From: a virus
Reading direction: 5' to 3' (one strand)
Virus record (IMG/VR): IMGVR_UViG_3300031994_000596
Coordinates: 1 to 20,087 of that record
DNA: 20,087 nt
The translations under genes were made by a program, and so were the position numbers. Position 1 is the stretch's first letter; every line of letters begins with the position of its first letter. This document shows positions 8,688 to 17,525 of the stretch, piece by piece. Below the pieces are notes generated by a model. That model was given only the letters and a program-made list of their open reading frames with translations. It was not told the DNA's origin and searched no databases.

Positions 8688-8872
8688 AGACCGGGAGCAT
8701 CATGACGGAACGGCAGATCTACAGCTGCGGGCTGATCGCCGGGCTCACGATGCGTGAGATGCGTCATATGACTCCCGGATTCATTCTTGATATGTATTAC
8801 TGGCGGGTGGACTATGACAGCCAGATGATGTTTGGCAAAAGTCTGCGCCGGATGATTGGCAAAGGAGAGTAA
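8292..8872 (+). CDS. Tail assembly chaperone frameshift product (gpGT analogue): 8292-8684 joined by a -1 shift to 8684-8872
   Basis: The -1 frame is open for 62 codons from 8684 to the TAA at 8870-8872, ending 5 nt before the tape-measure ATG. The extension reads LKTGSIMTERQIYSCGLIAGLTMREMRHMTPGFILDMYYWRVDYDSQMMFGKSLRRMIGKGE. As a stand-alone ORF (ATG 8702) it would be only 56 aa with no convincing RBS. Confidence 0.75.
8678..8684 (+). promoter_or_regulatory. Programmed -1 ribosomal frameshift slippery heptamer A_AAA_AAC
   Basis: Zero-frame codons are GAA AAA AAC TGA (8676-8687), giving an X_XXY_YYZ heptamer at 8678-8684 immediately before the stop. The arrangement matches the conserved G/GT system of long-tailed phages. 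Confidence 0.75.
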
Positions 8873-8877
8873 AAGTC

Positions 8878-11073
8878 ATGGCGAACGACGGTACGATCGC
8901 GTCCAAACTGCAACTGGACGGAGAGCAGCAATACAAAAAAGCGCTGAATGACGCCTATCGTTCGCTGCGGGTGCTGCGGTCGGAACTGAAAGCGGAGACG
9001 GCGGAAATGGGCCGGAACGCGACAGCACAGGACAAGGCGAGGGCGAAGATGGCCAGCCTGCAGAAGCAGATCGCGGAGCAGCAGAAGGTCGTTAAGACGC
9101 TGGAGAAGGCGCTGGCAGACAGCAAAAAGGAATACGCCGACAATCAGGAAGTCCAGGACAAGTGGGCGGAGAAGCTGAACAAGGCCAGGGAAGCCCTGGC
9201 GAACATGCAGAACGCGCTGGGGCAGACACAGGATGACCTGTCGAAGTTCGGCAGCAGCATGAAGGAAGTCGCGAACAACAGCGGCGAAGCAATGCAGACG
9301 GTTGTCAGCTTCAATGACGCCATGAAGAGCATCGGGAGCATCGCCAGCGGCGTCGGGAGCAGCCTGAGCGGGATCTTCTCGGCGACGGTGGACACCATGA
9401 AGGACATGGTGGACGAAATGTTCAGCCTGATGAGCCAGGCATGGGCCGCGGCGGGCGACTGGCAGCAGATCCAAACGATCTGGGGCGGTGACCTGGAAAG
9501 CATTGAGCGGGTATATACGGCCATGAGCCTGCAGGGCATCGACGCCGGCGAAGTGACCAGCGGGATCCAGAAGTTCATTACAAACGTGCACAACGGAAAC
9601 AAAGACACAATGGCCGCACTGGAACAGCTCCACCTGTCGGAAAGCCAATTCTCGAGCCATTGGGATTTCTTTGTTGCCACGATGGACAAGGCGAGCATGT
9701 TCAAAGGAAATGAGGGATACAACCTCATGACGGCGCTGTTCGGGGACAAGAAGGGCGCAGGAATGACGGACATGCTGAGAAACTGGCGTGAAGCCATGAA
9801 CCGGTATCAGCAGGACGTCGAGGAAACAGGACTGGCGCTGTCGAGTCCGGAGATTGAGAAACTGGACACAGTGTCGCACAAAATCACGGAGATACAGGCA
9901 CTTTGGGAAACAATCAAGACGAACATCGGAGCGAAGCTGAGCGAAGTCCTGAATATCGACGAAAATGCGGAGAAAGTGCTGAACCTGCTCAGGGATGCAG
10001 GTGCAATATTAAACGGGAACGGTGACAGGAAAGAACTTGTAATAAAGCTGGAACAGGATATCCAGAGCCTGCTGACAAGCATATCAAACGCGCTGGGGAA
10101 TCTGAGCGGATTCCTGAAAGAGCTGGGCGGAGACCTGGAACAGAGCAAGAATCCGCTTGTCAGTTTTGTCGGGAAACTGATCAAGAGCCTGGGTGATATC
10201 CTGGACTGGATCAGCAAAAACAGCGGAACGATCATCGACTGGCTGAACAAACTGCTGCCGGTCATGGCGGCAAACAAGATCAGCGAGGCGACAACCGGGA
10301 AGGGCATCGGGGACTGGCTGACGGATATCATGAAGCTGGGGCTTGAGGTGAAGGTGCTCGGGAAGGTATTCGGAGCATCTGCCGGGGCGGCGGTCGGTGA
10401 GACAGCGGCGACGTTCGGAGCCGGTATCGGTGCGGCGATCATGAAAGCCGTGCCGGCGCTGGCATTCCTGGGGACGCTGTTGAATCCGTCAGCGACAAGC
10501 GACGAAACAGGAAACAACGACCTGCTGGATGAGAACGGGAGACTGACAAACGAAGCTATTCAATACGGATATTCACTGAATGATAAAGGTGAGCTTATTC
10601 CGCCGTGGGCAAACAACCAGGGAAGCGGATCGACTGCAGGAACAACTGGCGAACCGTCACCGATCAGCGCAACTGCAGCACAGCGGGCGGCGGCGGAAGA
10701 ATTCTGGGACGCACTGAGGCTGACAGGAGCAGCGGACAGTGACAAGTTGCTGGAGGCATTTGACGGAAACAAGGAAGTCGTCAGCAAGCTGAGCGAGCTG
10801 ATCATTGATCTGGGAGAGAGCGAGAACGGCAAAGGATGGGAAACATTCGAAGATCTGCCGTCGAACTGGTTTAACGAGATCAGCGGGGCGCTGAAGAACC
10901 TGACACAGGACAACTACAAAGGAGCAGGGCTGGAAGATCTGCCGGGGAAGATCGGGAGCGCGGTTGCCGGGGCGGTGAAGCTGGCACCGGTGAATATCAC
11001 CGTCAACGTGGACGGAGAGCCGATGTACAAGAAAGTCAACCAGTCGCTGGGCAGTCTGATGGCCAGGGCATAA
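8878..11073 (+). CDS. Tape measure protein
   Basis: 731 aa, the largest ORF in the tail module. It has an N-terminal coiled coil and Gly/Ala-rich hydrophobic segments (VFGASAGAAVGETAATFGAGIGAAIMKAVPALAFLG), with AAAGGAGAG RBS. Using the established figure of roughly 0.15 nm per residue, this predicts a tail of about 110 nm. Confidence 0.92.
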   Translation: MANDGTIASKLQLDGEQQYKKALNDAYRSLRVLRSELKAETAEMGRNATAQDKARAKMASLQKQIAEQQKVVKTLEKALADSKKEYADNQEVQDKWAEKLNKAREALANMQNALGQTQDDLSKFGSSMKEVANNSGEAMQTVVSFNDAMKSIGSIASGVGSSLSGIFSATVDTMKDMVDEMFSLMSQAWAAAGDWQQIQTIWGGDLESIERVYTAMSLQGIDAGEVTSGIQKFITNVHNGNKDTMAALEQLHLSESQFSSHWDFFVATMDKASMFKGNEGYNLMTALFGDKKGAGMTDMLRNWREAMNRYQQDVEETGLALSSPEIEKLDTVSHKITEIQALWETIKTNIGAKLSEVLNIDENAEKVLNLLRDAGAILNGNGDRKELVIKLEQDIQSLLTSISNALGNLSGFLKELGGDLEQSKNPLVSFVGKLIKSLGDILDWISKNSGTIIDWLNKLLPVMAANKISEATTGKGIGDWLTDIMKLGLEVKVLGKVFGASAGAAVGETAATFGAGIGAAIMKAVPALAFLGTLLNPSATSDETGNNDLLDENGRLTNEAIQYGYSLNDKGELIPPWANNQGSGSTAGTTGEPSPISATAAQRAAAEEFWDALRLTGAADSDKLLEAFDGNKEVVSKLSELIIDLGESENGKGWETFEDLPSNWFNEISGALKNLTQDNYKGAGLEDLPGKIGSAVAGAVKLAPVNITVNVDGEPMYKKVNQSLGSLMARA

Positions 11074-11085
11074 CGAGGTGAAAAG

Positions 11086-11868
11086 ATGAGAACGCGGATA
11101 TCTGTAGCGCTGAACGGAGCGGAACTGCACGCCATTGACGCGGCGATTGTGCTGCAGGGCGTGGATGAGGGCGCGGCGAGCTGGAACATCGCAACCGGGA
11201 ACAGGGCGGGAAACGACGGCCAGCACGTGAACGGCATAGAAAAGAGATACCGGGACGTGATCGTGAATTTCGCCATCGCGGAGAAAAGGGACTTGATCCG
11301 GCGGGCGAACATCATCCAGCAGGTATGCGGATGGGCGGCGGCTGGCGGAGACCTGACCGTCAGCTACCGGGACCGGCAGAAGCTGAGGGTGATGTGTGTA
11401 TCCCTGCCGGCGGTAAAGAGTCCGGACAAGTGGGCAGAGACATACAGCATCACTTTCCGGGCGTATCAGGTGCCGTTCTGGCAGAGCGTGGACGCGGAAA
11501 GCGCGGCCATCAGCGCGGGAACGAGCGGGAGCACATCGCTCCGGGTGAAGGAAACCGGCGGAGGGAAGCTGTGCTTCCAGGCGACAAACAGCAGCGGGAG
11601 TACGGTCAACACGGCATCCATCAGCGCGAACGGGAAGACGATCAGCTTTTCATCTCTGGGGCTCGCAAACGGGGAAAAGCTGATCGGAGACTATGATGAA
11701 AGAGACATCCAGCGACTAAGGATCCTGAACGGGAGCACATTCCGGAGCGTACTGGACAAGCGGACAGGCGCGGACGATATTCTGCTGAAGCAGGGCGGAA
11801 ACACAGTAAGCGTGAGCAGCGGGGCCGCGCTGAGCTGGAACGTCTATACATACGGGAGATGGGAATAA
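11086..11868 (+). CDS. Distal tail protein (Dit, siphovirus tail component)
   Basis: 260 aa immediately after the tape measure, in the canonical TMP-Dit-Tal order. Beta-rich sequence. Confidence 0.8.
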   Translation: MRTRISVALNGAELHAIDAAIVLQGVDEGAASWNIATGNRAGNDGQHVNGIEKRYRDVIVNFAIAEKRDLIRRANIIQQVCGWAAAGGDLTVSYRDRQKLRVMCVSLPAVKSPDKWAETYSITFRAYQVPFWQSVDAESAAISAGTSGSTSLRVKETGGGKLCFQATNSSGSTVNTASISANGKTISFSSLGLANGEKLIGDYDERDIQRLRILNGSTFRSVLDKRTGADDILLKQGGNTVSVSSGAALSWNVYTYGRWE

Positions 11869-13709
11869 TGAGAATGCCGCAGTTGCTGAGCGGGCACACG
11901 ATGACGCCGGCGGGGATCCTGAGGCCGGTAAGCATGCAGTTGAGCCTTAAGACGGACGGGCAGAGCACGGCAAGCATTGTCCTGGACAGCGAAAGCCCGG
12001 ATGTCGCGATCGGGGCATGGGTGCAGATCTGGGCACCGAATGGTGAGATGTGCGTGATGTACGTCAAGAACCGGAAAAAGGACTATGTTACCGGGAACCT
12101 GACGCTGACACTTGAGCATACCTTCGGATTGCTGGAAGAGATGGTCGTCTTCGGCGAGGTAACGGCGGAAACAATGAGCGGGACGACAGGAGCGACCACA
12201 TGCACGGTGTTCCAGGCGATTACATACCTGCTGAACCAGCAGACGGAGACGCTGTTCACGATGGCGGCGGCGGACTGCGACTTCAGCGACGCGCAGGGAT
12301 GGAAGTTTACCAACAGCGAAATTTACAGCGACCTGAACACGCTGACGGACGCGATCCAGAACTGTCAGTGGGAATTTAATCAGGAATCACTCCCGTGGGC
12401 GCTGAAATTAAAGGCGTGGCCGCTGGCGTCAACGATGGAGATGAGGCGGAACAGGAACCTGGAAACGCTGCAGATCACGTATGACCGGAGCGGAATGTAT
12501 ACGAGAGTCTATCCGACAGGGAAAAACAACCTGCATATAGACAGCGTAAACAATAATGTCTCATACATGGATCAGAACACGGGGATATACGGCGTGATCG
12601 CGAACGTGATCACGGACAGCACGATCAATAACGCGGGACTGCTGAAAGCATGGGCGCAGAAGCAGCTCGCCAGGAACAGCGTGCCGAAGGTGAGCGTGAG
12701 CATCAGCGGGTATGAGCTGAGCCAGGAAACCGGGGAGAGCCTGGATCGGCTGGTCATCGGACGTATGTGCCGAATCCCGCTGCCGGAATACGGGGAGACG
12801 GTCATGGAGCGGCTGAGCGAACTGACGTGGCGGGACTGCATCGCTCATCCGGAGGCTGTCACATGCACACTGGCCAATGAACTGAAGACCATCACCGGCG
12901 TACTGAATGAGAAAGCCCGCAGCGGAGGCGGAGGATCGAAAAAAGCGAATACGGAGCACGACTGTGAGCTGGAAGATGACGAGGTCAAAATCGAGGAGTT
13001 CGACAATTCAGATATCTGGATCAACAGGGACAACATCTGGGCGGTATGCGCTCAGTATGACGTCATCACGGACAGTACGGGAAAACATATCCGGCTGAAG
13101 AACGGCGCACTGCTGGAAATTAACAGGGACGGCGTATACCAGACGGTCGGGACGATCATCAGCGATCAGGATGCCTCTATCGGAGCGCTGGATACGTGGG
13201 TGGATACGTTTGAAGGATCGGCACTGTGGACGCAGCGGGACAACATCACGGGCGTCTGCGGTGAGTACGAAGTCGTATATTACACTGAATCAGGTGTCCG
13301 GAAGAAAAAACTGCGGATCAAAAACGGCACGGGCCTGGTCATGCAGCGGAATGGTGCTGACTTCGGCGTTTACGATAACGGAACGCTGACAGGCGGAATA
13401 TGTATATCAAAGATCAACTCTGACTCAGGGAATCCGATCTATTCTTCCAGGGTGGATCTGTCCGGATATGTCACGACAACGATGATGGAGAGTGCGTTCC
13501 AGGATATCCAGCAGGCGACGATCGGGCAGTTGACAGTATCAGGGAGCCTTTTCACGTTTGACGGGCATGATGTGGACTGGAAAAGCTACACGGCCAGATA
13601 CTGCACGCTGGGAGGTTCATACTCATATAAGGATGCGAACGGGAATGCACATACAGGGGCACTGGTAACAGGCCAGACAAACACAACACTGCATTATATG
13701 GGATATTAA
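11868..13709 (+). CDS. Tail-associated (Tal) / baseplate hub protein with prophage-tail-endopeptidase-like N-terminal domain and duplicated C-terminal module
   Basis: About 613 aa. The ATG at 11868 overlaps the Dit TAA and has GGGAG 9 nt upstream (the track start is 11859). The N-terminal 380 aa resemble the gp27-like Tal fold region of siphophages (ILRPV...LKTDGQSTASIVLD...VYPTGKNNLHI...ISGYELS). No lytic domain was recognised in the C-terminal part. Confidence 0.8.
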   Translation: MRMPQLLSGHTMTPAGILRPVSMQLSLKTDGQSTASIVLDSESPDVAIGAWVQIWAPNGEMCVMYVKNRKKDYVTGNLTLTLEHTFGLLEEMVVFGEVTAETMSGTTGATTCTVFQAITYLLNQQTETLFTMAAADCDFSDAQGWKFTNSEIYSDLNTLTDAIQNCQWEFNQESLPWALKLKAWPLASTMEMRRNRNLETLQITYDRSGMYTRVYPTGKNNLHIDSVNNNVSYMDQNTGIYGVIANVITDSTINNAGLLKAWAQKQLARNSVPKVSVSISGYELSQETGESLDRLVIGRMCRIPLPEYGETVMERLSELTWRDCIAHPEAVTCTLANELKTITGVLNEKARSGGGGSKKANTEHDCELEDDEVKIEEFDNSDIWINRDNIWAVCAQYDVITDSTGKHIRLKNGALLEINRDGVYQTVGTIISDQDASIGALDTWVDTFEGSALWTQRDNITGVCGEYEVVYYTESGVRKKKLRIKNGTGLVMQRNGADFGVYDNGTLTGGICISKINSDSGNPIYSSRVDLSGYVTTTMMESAFQDIQQATIGQLTVSGSLFTFDGHDVDWKSYTARYCTLGGSYSYKDANGNAHTGALVTGQTNTTLHYMGY

Positions 13710-13722
13710 AGGAGCGGGAAAG

Positions 13723-14067
13723 ATGGAGGACATCCGGAAAGTAGGAGATCTGACCGTAAATGACGGGAAAGGATTCATGGATAATGAGGGGCTGATCCAG
13801 TCTCTGATCGTCAATCTGAACGACCTGATAAAGTGCATGGCGGTCGGGCAGTATATCCAGTTTGCAGGGATCGTGGCGCAGATGGGGCAGAAGCTGGCCA
13901 ACCTTAAGAAGGGCGTCAGGAACGACAGAGAGGACATGGAAGAGCAAATCAAAGACCTGAAACGACTGAATAACGAGCTGGCTGAGAAGGCATTCGGCAT
14001 GCCGGCGGAGGACGGAGGTAAAGAGGATGGACCTGCTGTCAATCCCGAAGAAAAAGAAGGAATATAA
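13723..14067 (+). CDS. Hypothetical tail-tip module protein with coiled-coil C-terminus
   Basis: 114 aa with AAAGGAG RBS and codon usage like its neighbours. No recognisable family. Confidence 0.6.
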   Translation: MEDIRKVGDLTVNDGKGFMDNEGLIQSLIVNLNDLIKCMAVGQYIQFAGIVAQMGQKLANLKKGVRNDREDMEEQIKDLKRLNNELAEKAFGMPAEDGGKEDGPAVNPEEKEGI

Positions 14068-14338
14068 CTGCAAATTCGCCGCGCCGTCGATCCTGACGGG
14101 GCGCTTTGTTGCCTACATTCTCAGCGAGGATGAGGAGGAGATCCGGGAAACGCTGACGGATCCAGGGACGCTGATCGTTTACAACGAACACGTAGTCACG
14201 AAAGAATACAAAGGGTACAAACGGATTGATTCACTGGAAGCGCAGCGGGACGGCGGCTATATAGTGAAGCTGTCCGGAGACTCGGAAGAGACAGGATCGG
14301 AAACAAACGAGGAGGAGAACAGCCATGGCGAAAAATGA
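14027..14338 (+). CDS. Hypothetical tail-tip module protein with acidic C-terminus
   Basis: 103 aa with GGAGG 8 nt before the ATG at 14027. It overlaps the previous ORF by 41 nt and the fibre gene by 14 nt. Confidence 0.55.
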   Translation: MDLLSIPKKKKEYNCKFAAPSILTGRFVAYILSEDEEEIRETLTDPGTLIVYNEHVVTKEYKGYKRIDSLEAQRDGGYIVKLSGDSEETGSETNEEENSHGEK

Positions 14339-17192
14339 GAGATGGTTTGTATGTGACCTGAAAGAGGCGATTCAGGCGCAGGTGCTCAACGGTAATGTGT
14401 TCAGCATGGACAACAACGGGAGCCGGATCGGCGTCAAGATCTTTGACGGCGGTGAAAAGGCAACCGTATCAGGAGCCATCACGGCGAATTGCATCCTGCC
14501 GGACGGGAGCACGGTGAACGTGAACGGCACTCTGACAACCGTGGACGGGCAGAGCGTCGGCTATATCGATGTGCCTCAGAGCTGTCTTCTGATCACCGGC
14601 CCGCTGAAGATCACCATCAAGCTGACGGACTCCGGAGTGATAACAACGCTGGCAGCGATCCTCACGACGGTATACCAGACAAAGACGGACAACGTGATCA
14701 CTCCCAGCGCGCAGATCATCAATGACTGGAACGCGGAAATCTCCGCGGCGATCGCCACGCAGAACGCAGCCATCGCGAACCAGGACACGAAGATAAATGA
14801 TTTAAAGAGCGCATTAGATGTTAATCATATAACCGATATCGACCTTTATCGGAAGATTCTCGCAAACAAAACAGGCGATGATATTGTAGACCTCCCGCAA
14901 CAGAAAGGATCAAGTTCTGCGGATGGATGTGTTTACGATGGAAAATTCGCCATAAAAAAAGTCGAACCGTTAAATCATGAAATCTTATTTAATCTGCCTT
15001 GTACAAGTGGTAAAGAATATCTTGTAATTGCAAATTATATTGAACATAAATATGAGAACAACACATCAAACATTCAAATTCGCAATGGGTCAACAACTGT
15101 TCTGACATTTTCAAGTGCGGTAGACGGAAGGGTAAATGTCGCTATTGGTAAATTCACATCAGATGGCAGTTCAAAAATAAGACTTTGGAATACATATTAT
15201 GGATCAAGTGTATTCAAAATCTATGGTATCCATGTATTTGAACTGAAATCGGAACAGAATAATGATTATTTTCAAACGCAATACACAAACAAGGTTATTC
15301 CGATAACTGAATGGGAAGACGGTTCTATTACAGGAACAGGAGAAGAAAACGATACAACAGGCGAATACTATCACCGTACAGATTATATAGAGGTGTTCGC
15401 AGGAGCGCAATATTCAGCAAGACAAGGAAGTTTTTTCACTGTTAATTTATATGATCGTGACAAGGTTCATGTTTCTAAGATCGTAACACAAGCAGGAACT
15501 ACATCATTTACCATTTCCCAAAATGGCTATGTGCGAATTACGGCGTATAAGGCCAATGCGCTTGACGGGTTAAATGAAGTAATTTCTGAAGTTGTAGACT
15601 TTAATCGCAATTATAAAGACTTGAGCAATGTTGTTTATGATTACAATAAGACCGAAGCGGAAACAGAAGCAAGCATACAAAGAATTGACACAACGCTTTC
15701 TGACATAAACAGAACTGCGACATCTTCCACCAACGGATTGATGTCAGCAGAAGACAAGAGAAAATTAGACGGAATTATAAATCCGGGGTCTATTACAATC
15801 GAAGGAAGCGGAGTATACAAAAATGCTTCCGCATACAATTTTCTTCCCACAAATACAGCGGCGGCAAACTCAACGGCGTTGCAAAATGTTCTTAATGGAG
15901 GTGGGTATATTTTAGTTGACGTTCCGGGAACATATAAAATCTGTGCAAGTATAAAGATTGATTCAAATACGGATTTGGTTTTTGCACCGGGAGTCTATAT
16001 TGAACTTGAAAAGAACGGATCAAACCAGTGGCCGAGATATCCATTTATAAATTCTGGGGCATTTAGTAATGCACAAAATGAAAATATTACTATTCGGAAT
16101 CTTAATTTGATAACGAATGGATGCCCAATAGGTACGGATGTTGAAAAAATCTATGGGCAAAATGGATTTCTTGCTTTTAAGAAAATCAATCATCTCCATT
16201 TGGATGGAATCACTATATTGGATAGTGGAAGCGAAAACTATAACATTCACATACAGGAATTTAATGATGTTGTTGTTGAGAATGTTATCATCACAAGCGA
16301 AAAGGACGGTATACATTTCGGATCGGGTGAAAACTTTATAATCAGGCACTGTTTCTTGAAAACAAACGATGATGCAATCGCATTGAACGCCCATGATTAT
16401 CCCGGAGCAACGGCAAAACTTGGATGGATTAAAAACGGGATAATTGAAGATATTCATTTGCTTGCGGCTCCGAACTTTAATGCAAGCCGTGGCCTGTATT
16501 CCCTTGGTGGTTCGTGGGTTGATTGGGAATCCGGTATGTCTTTCAGAACATACGGGGATGCGGTTGCCAGCAACAATCGAATTTACCGGACAATGGGGAC
16601 AAGATCAAGTCAGAAACCTACATTGATTTCTACTGTTCAGCCAACGCATACATCAGGAACGCAGACGTATTCTGATGGCCTTACATGGTTAATGGCACAG
16701 GACACGGACATCGTGTACAACGTAGGGATTGAAAACGTTCATTATAAAGATATTTTTATTGAACGGGCATCCATTTGTGCTGTGTGCGTCAATTTTGACG
16801 ATGATGAATACAGCAGGAGTTATTATCCCGGATCAACGCCGCCACTGTGCAAAAACATTATGGTTGAAGATTTGCATATTATTGACGGCACTGCGGTTTC
16901 CTATCTTTTGTATGCACCTATGCCTGTCGATAATATGAAATTCAAGAATTGTGATTTCATAACATCATCACATATTCTCTATATTCCGAACGTTTACTCC
17001 GGTTTCCCGAAAGACAGGATTCTGATGGACGGAACCTGTTTCAGAACAACAGCATCTACTTGCAAGGTTGTTTCCGGTGGTGACAGAGATTGCGAAATAA
17101 AGATTGTAAACAGCTTCAAAAATGCCGGGACAACAATGTTTATTACCGGAACGAACGTTGATATATCTGTTAATGATATCGGAATTGATTAA
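14325..17192 (+). CDS. Receptor-binding tail fibre/spike: BppU-like N-terminal anchor plus right-handed beta-helix (pectate-lyase / GH28-like) polysaccharide depolymerase
   Basis: 955 aa with GAGGAGGAG RBS. The N-terminal roughly 155 aa (FSMDNNGSRIGVKIFDGG...ILPDGSTV...GPLKITIKL) resemble baseplate-upper-protein-type anchor domains. The fibre motif NGLMSAEDKRKLDGI follows. After it come beta-helix repeats: NITIRNLNLITNG, HLHLDGITILDS, VVVENVIITSEKDGIHFGSGENFIIRHCFLKTNDDAIALNAHD. Confidence 0.85.
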   Translation: MAKNERWFVCDLKEAIQAQVLNGNVFSMDNNGSRIGVKIFDGGEKATVSGAITANCILPDGSTVNVNGTLTTVDGQSVGYIDVPQSCLLITGPLKITIKLTDSGVITTLAAILTTVYQTKTDNVITPSAQIINDWNAEISAAIATQNAAIANQDTKINDLKSALDVNHITDIDLYRKILANKTGDDIVDLPQQKGSSSADGCVYDGKFAIKKVEPLNHEILFNLPCTSGKEYLVIANYIEHKYENNTSNIQIRNGSTTVLTFSSAVDGRVNVAIGKFTSDGSSKIRLWNTYYGSSVFKIYGIHVFELKSEQNNDYFQTQYTNKVIPITEWEDGSITGTGEENDTTGEYYHRTDYIEVFAGAQYSARQGSFFTVNLYDRDKVHVSKIVTQAGTTSFTISQNGYVRITAYKANALDGLNEVISEVVDFNRNYKDLSNVVYDYNKTEAETEASIQRIDTTLSDINRTATSSTNGLMSAEDKRKLDGIINPGSITIEGSGVYKNASAYNFLPTNTAAANSTALQNVLNGGGYILVDVPGTYKICASIKIDSNTDLVFAPGVYIELEKNGSNQWPRYPFINSGAFSNAQNENITIRNLNLITNGCPIGTDVEKIYGQNGFLAFKKINHLHLDGITILDSGSENYNIHIQEFNDVVVENVIITSEKDGIHFGSGENFIIRHCFLKTNDDAIALNAHDYPGATAKLGWIKNGIIEDIHLLAAPNFNASRGLYSLGGSWVDWESGMSFRTYGDAVASNNRIYRTMGTRSSQKPTLISTVQPTHTSGTQTYSDGLTWLMAQDTDIVYNVGIENVHYKDIFIERASICAVCVNFDDDEYSRSYYPGSTPPLCKNIMVEDLHIIDGTAVSYLLYAPMPVDNMKFKNCDFITSSHILYIPNVYSGFPKDRILMDGTCFRTTASTCKVVSGGDRDCEIKIVNSFKNAGTTMFITGTNVDISVNDIGID
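14780..14797 (+). repeat. Left copy of an imperfect 18-bp direct repeat at the GC-content breakpoint inside the fibre gene
   Basis: CCAGGACACGAAGATAAA matches CCAGGACGGGAAGATGAA at 17225-17242 at 15 of 18 positions. High-GC sequence ends here. Confidence 0.6.
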
Positions 17193-17224
17193 AAGTGACC
17201 TTTCGTTCGTTAACAATTTGAGTC

Positions 17225-17242
17225 CCAGGACGGGAAGATGAA
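17225..17242 (+). repeat. Right copy of the imperfect 18-bp direct repeat at the end of the low-GC block
   Basis: CCAGGACGGGAAGATGAA lies 33 nt after the fibre stop codon, where GC content rises again. Confidence 0.6.
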
Positions 17243-17243
17243 C

Positions 17244-17282
17244 AAAAAAAGAGGGAGCGGAGAATGTTCATCCGCTCCCTCT
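17244..17282 (-). terminator. Rho-independent terminator of the minus-strand small-gene operon (hairpin may also stop + strand fibre transcripts)
   Basis: A 12-bp stem, AGAGGGAGCGGA (17250-17261) with TCCGCTCCCTCT (17271-17282), and a 9-nt loop. On the minus strand it is followed by TTTTTTT (17250-17244). The + strand orientation has no U tract. Confidence 0.8.
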
Positions 17283-17287
17283 GGGAA

Positions 17288-17301
17288 CCAAACACAGGAG
17301 A
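17288..17301. repeat. Inverted repeat, left arm (CCAAACACAGGAGA)
   Basis: Exact reverse complement of 17679-17692. The match does not extend on either side. Confidence 0.9.
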
Positions 17302-17354
17302 GTTTCGCCGAATTTACGGAGTTTGTCACACGCTGTTGCCAGCGCGGGAGGCGA

Positions 17355-17525
17355 TCAACACACCTCACTGAAGTCGAATTCGGGTACTGCAGCCTTCAGG
17401 GTGTCGGTAAAGGTTGACGTGTCTACTATGCCAAGGGAAGCAAGGTTAAAGTCCGGGATGGGAATATCGCGAACAGATGCCAGGCTATCGATGAGTTCAG
17501 CAGTTTTTGCAGTCAGTTCCTTCAT
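17355..17525 (-). CDS. Hypothetical small acidic protein, 56 aa (MKELTAKTAELIDSLASVRDIPIPDFNLASLGIVDTSTFTDTLKAAVPEFDFSEVC)
   Basis: Below the ORF-track cutoff; translated by hand. GGAG lies 5 nt upstream of the ATG at 17525, with a TGA stop at 17357-17355. About 10 acidic versus 4 basic residues. It lies inside the inverted-repeat-bounded segment. Confidence 0.5.
   Translation of the reverse strand: MKELTAKTAELIDSLASVRDIPIPDFNLASLGIVDTSTFTDTLKAAVPEFDFSEVC

Noticed and set aside
14027-14067. Possible programmed frameshift linking the overlapping ORFs 13723-14067 and 14027-14338 (A-rich GAAGAAAAAGAAGG in the overlap).
   Set aside because: The downstream ORF is in the +1 frame, not the -1 frame. 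No X_XXY_YYZ heptamer is in register, and the downstream ORF has its own GGAGG RBS and ATG. Ordinary overlapping genes are the simpler explanation.
14325-17192. Diversity-generating retroelement or shufflon-type variation of the tail fibre.
   Set aside because: No reverse transcriptase gene is present, I could find no template/variable repeat pair, and there are no multiple inverted-repeat cassettes at the fibre 3' end. The only repeat found at the cassette boundaries is direct, not inverted.
17238-17417. 59-aa plus-strand ORF (MNKKRGSGECSSAPSG...) starting inside the right direct repeat and running through the terminator hairpin.
   Set aside because: It has a weak RBS and is translated across a 12-bp terminator stem and the inverted-repeat arm. 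It is antisense to the better-supported 56-aa ORF and has no hydrophobic segment, so it is not a holin. I noted only that its frame continues the frame of the fibre gene at the left repeat copy.
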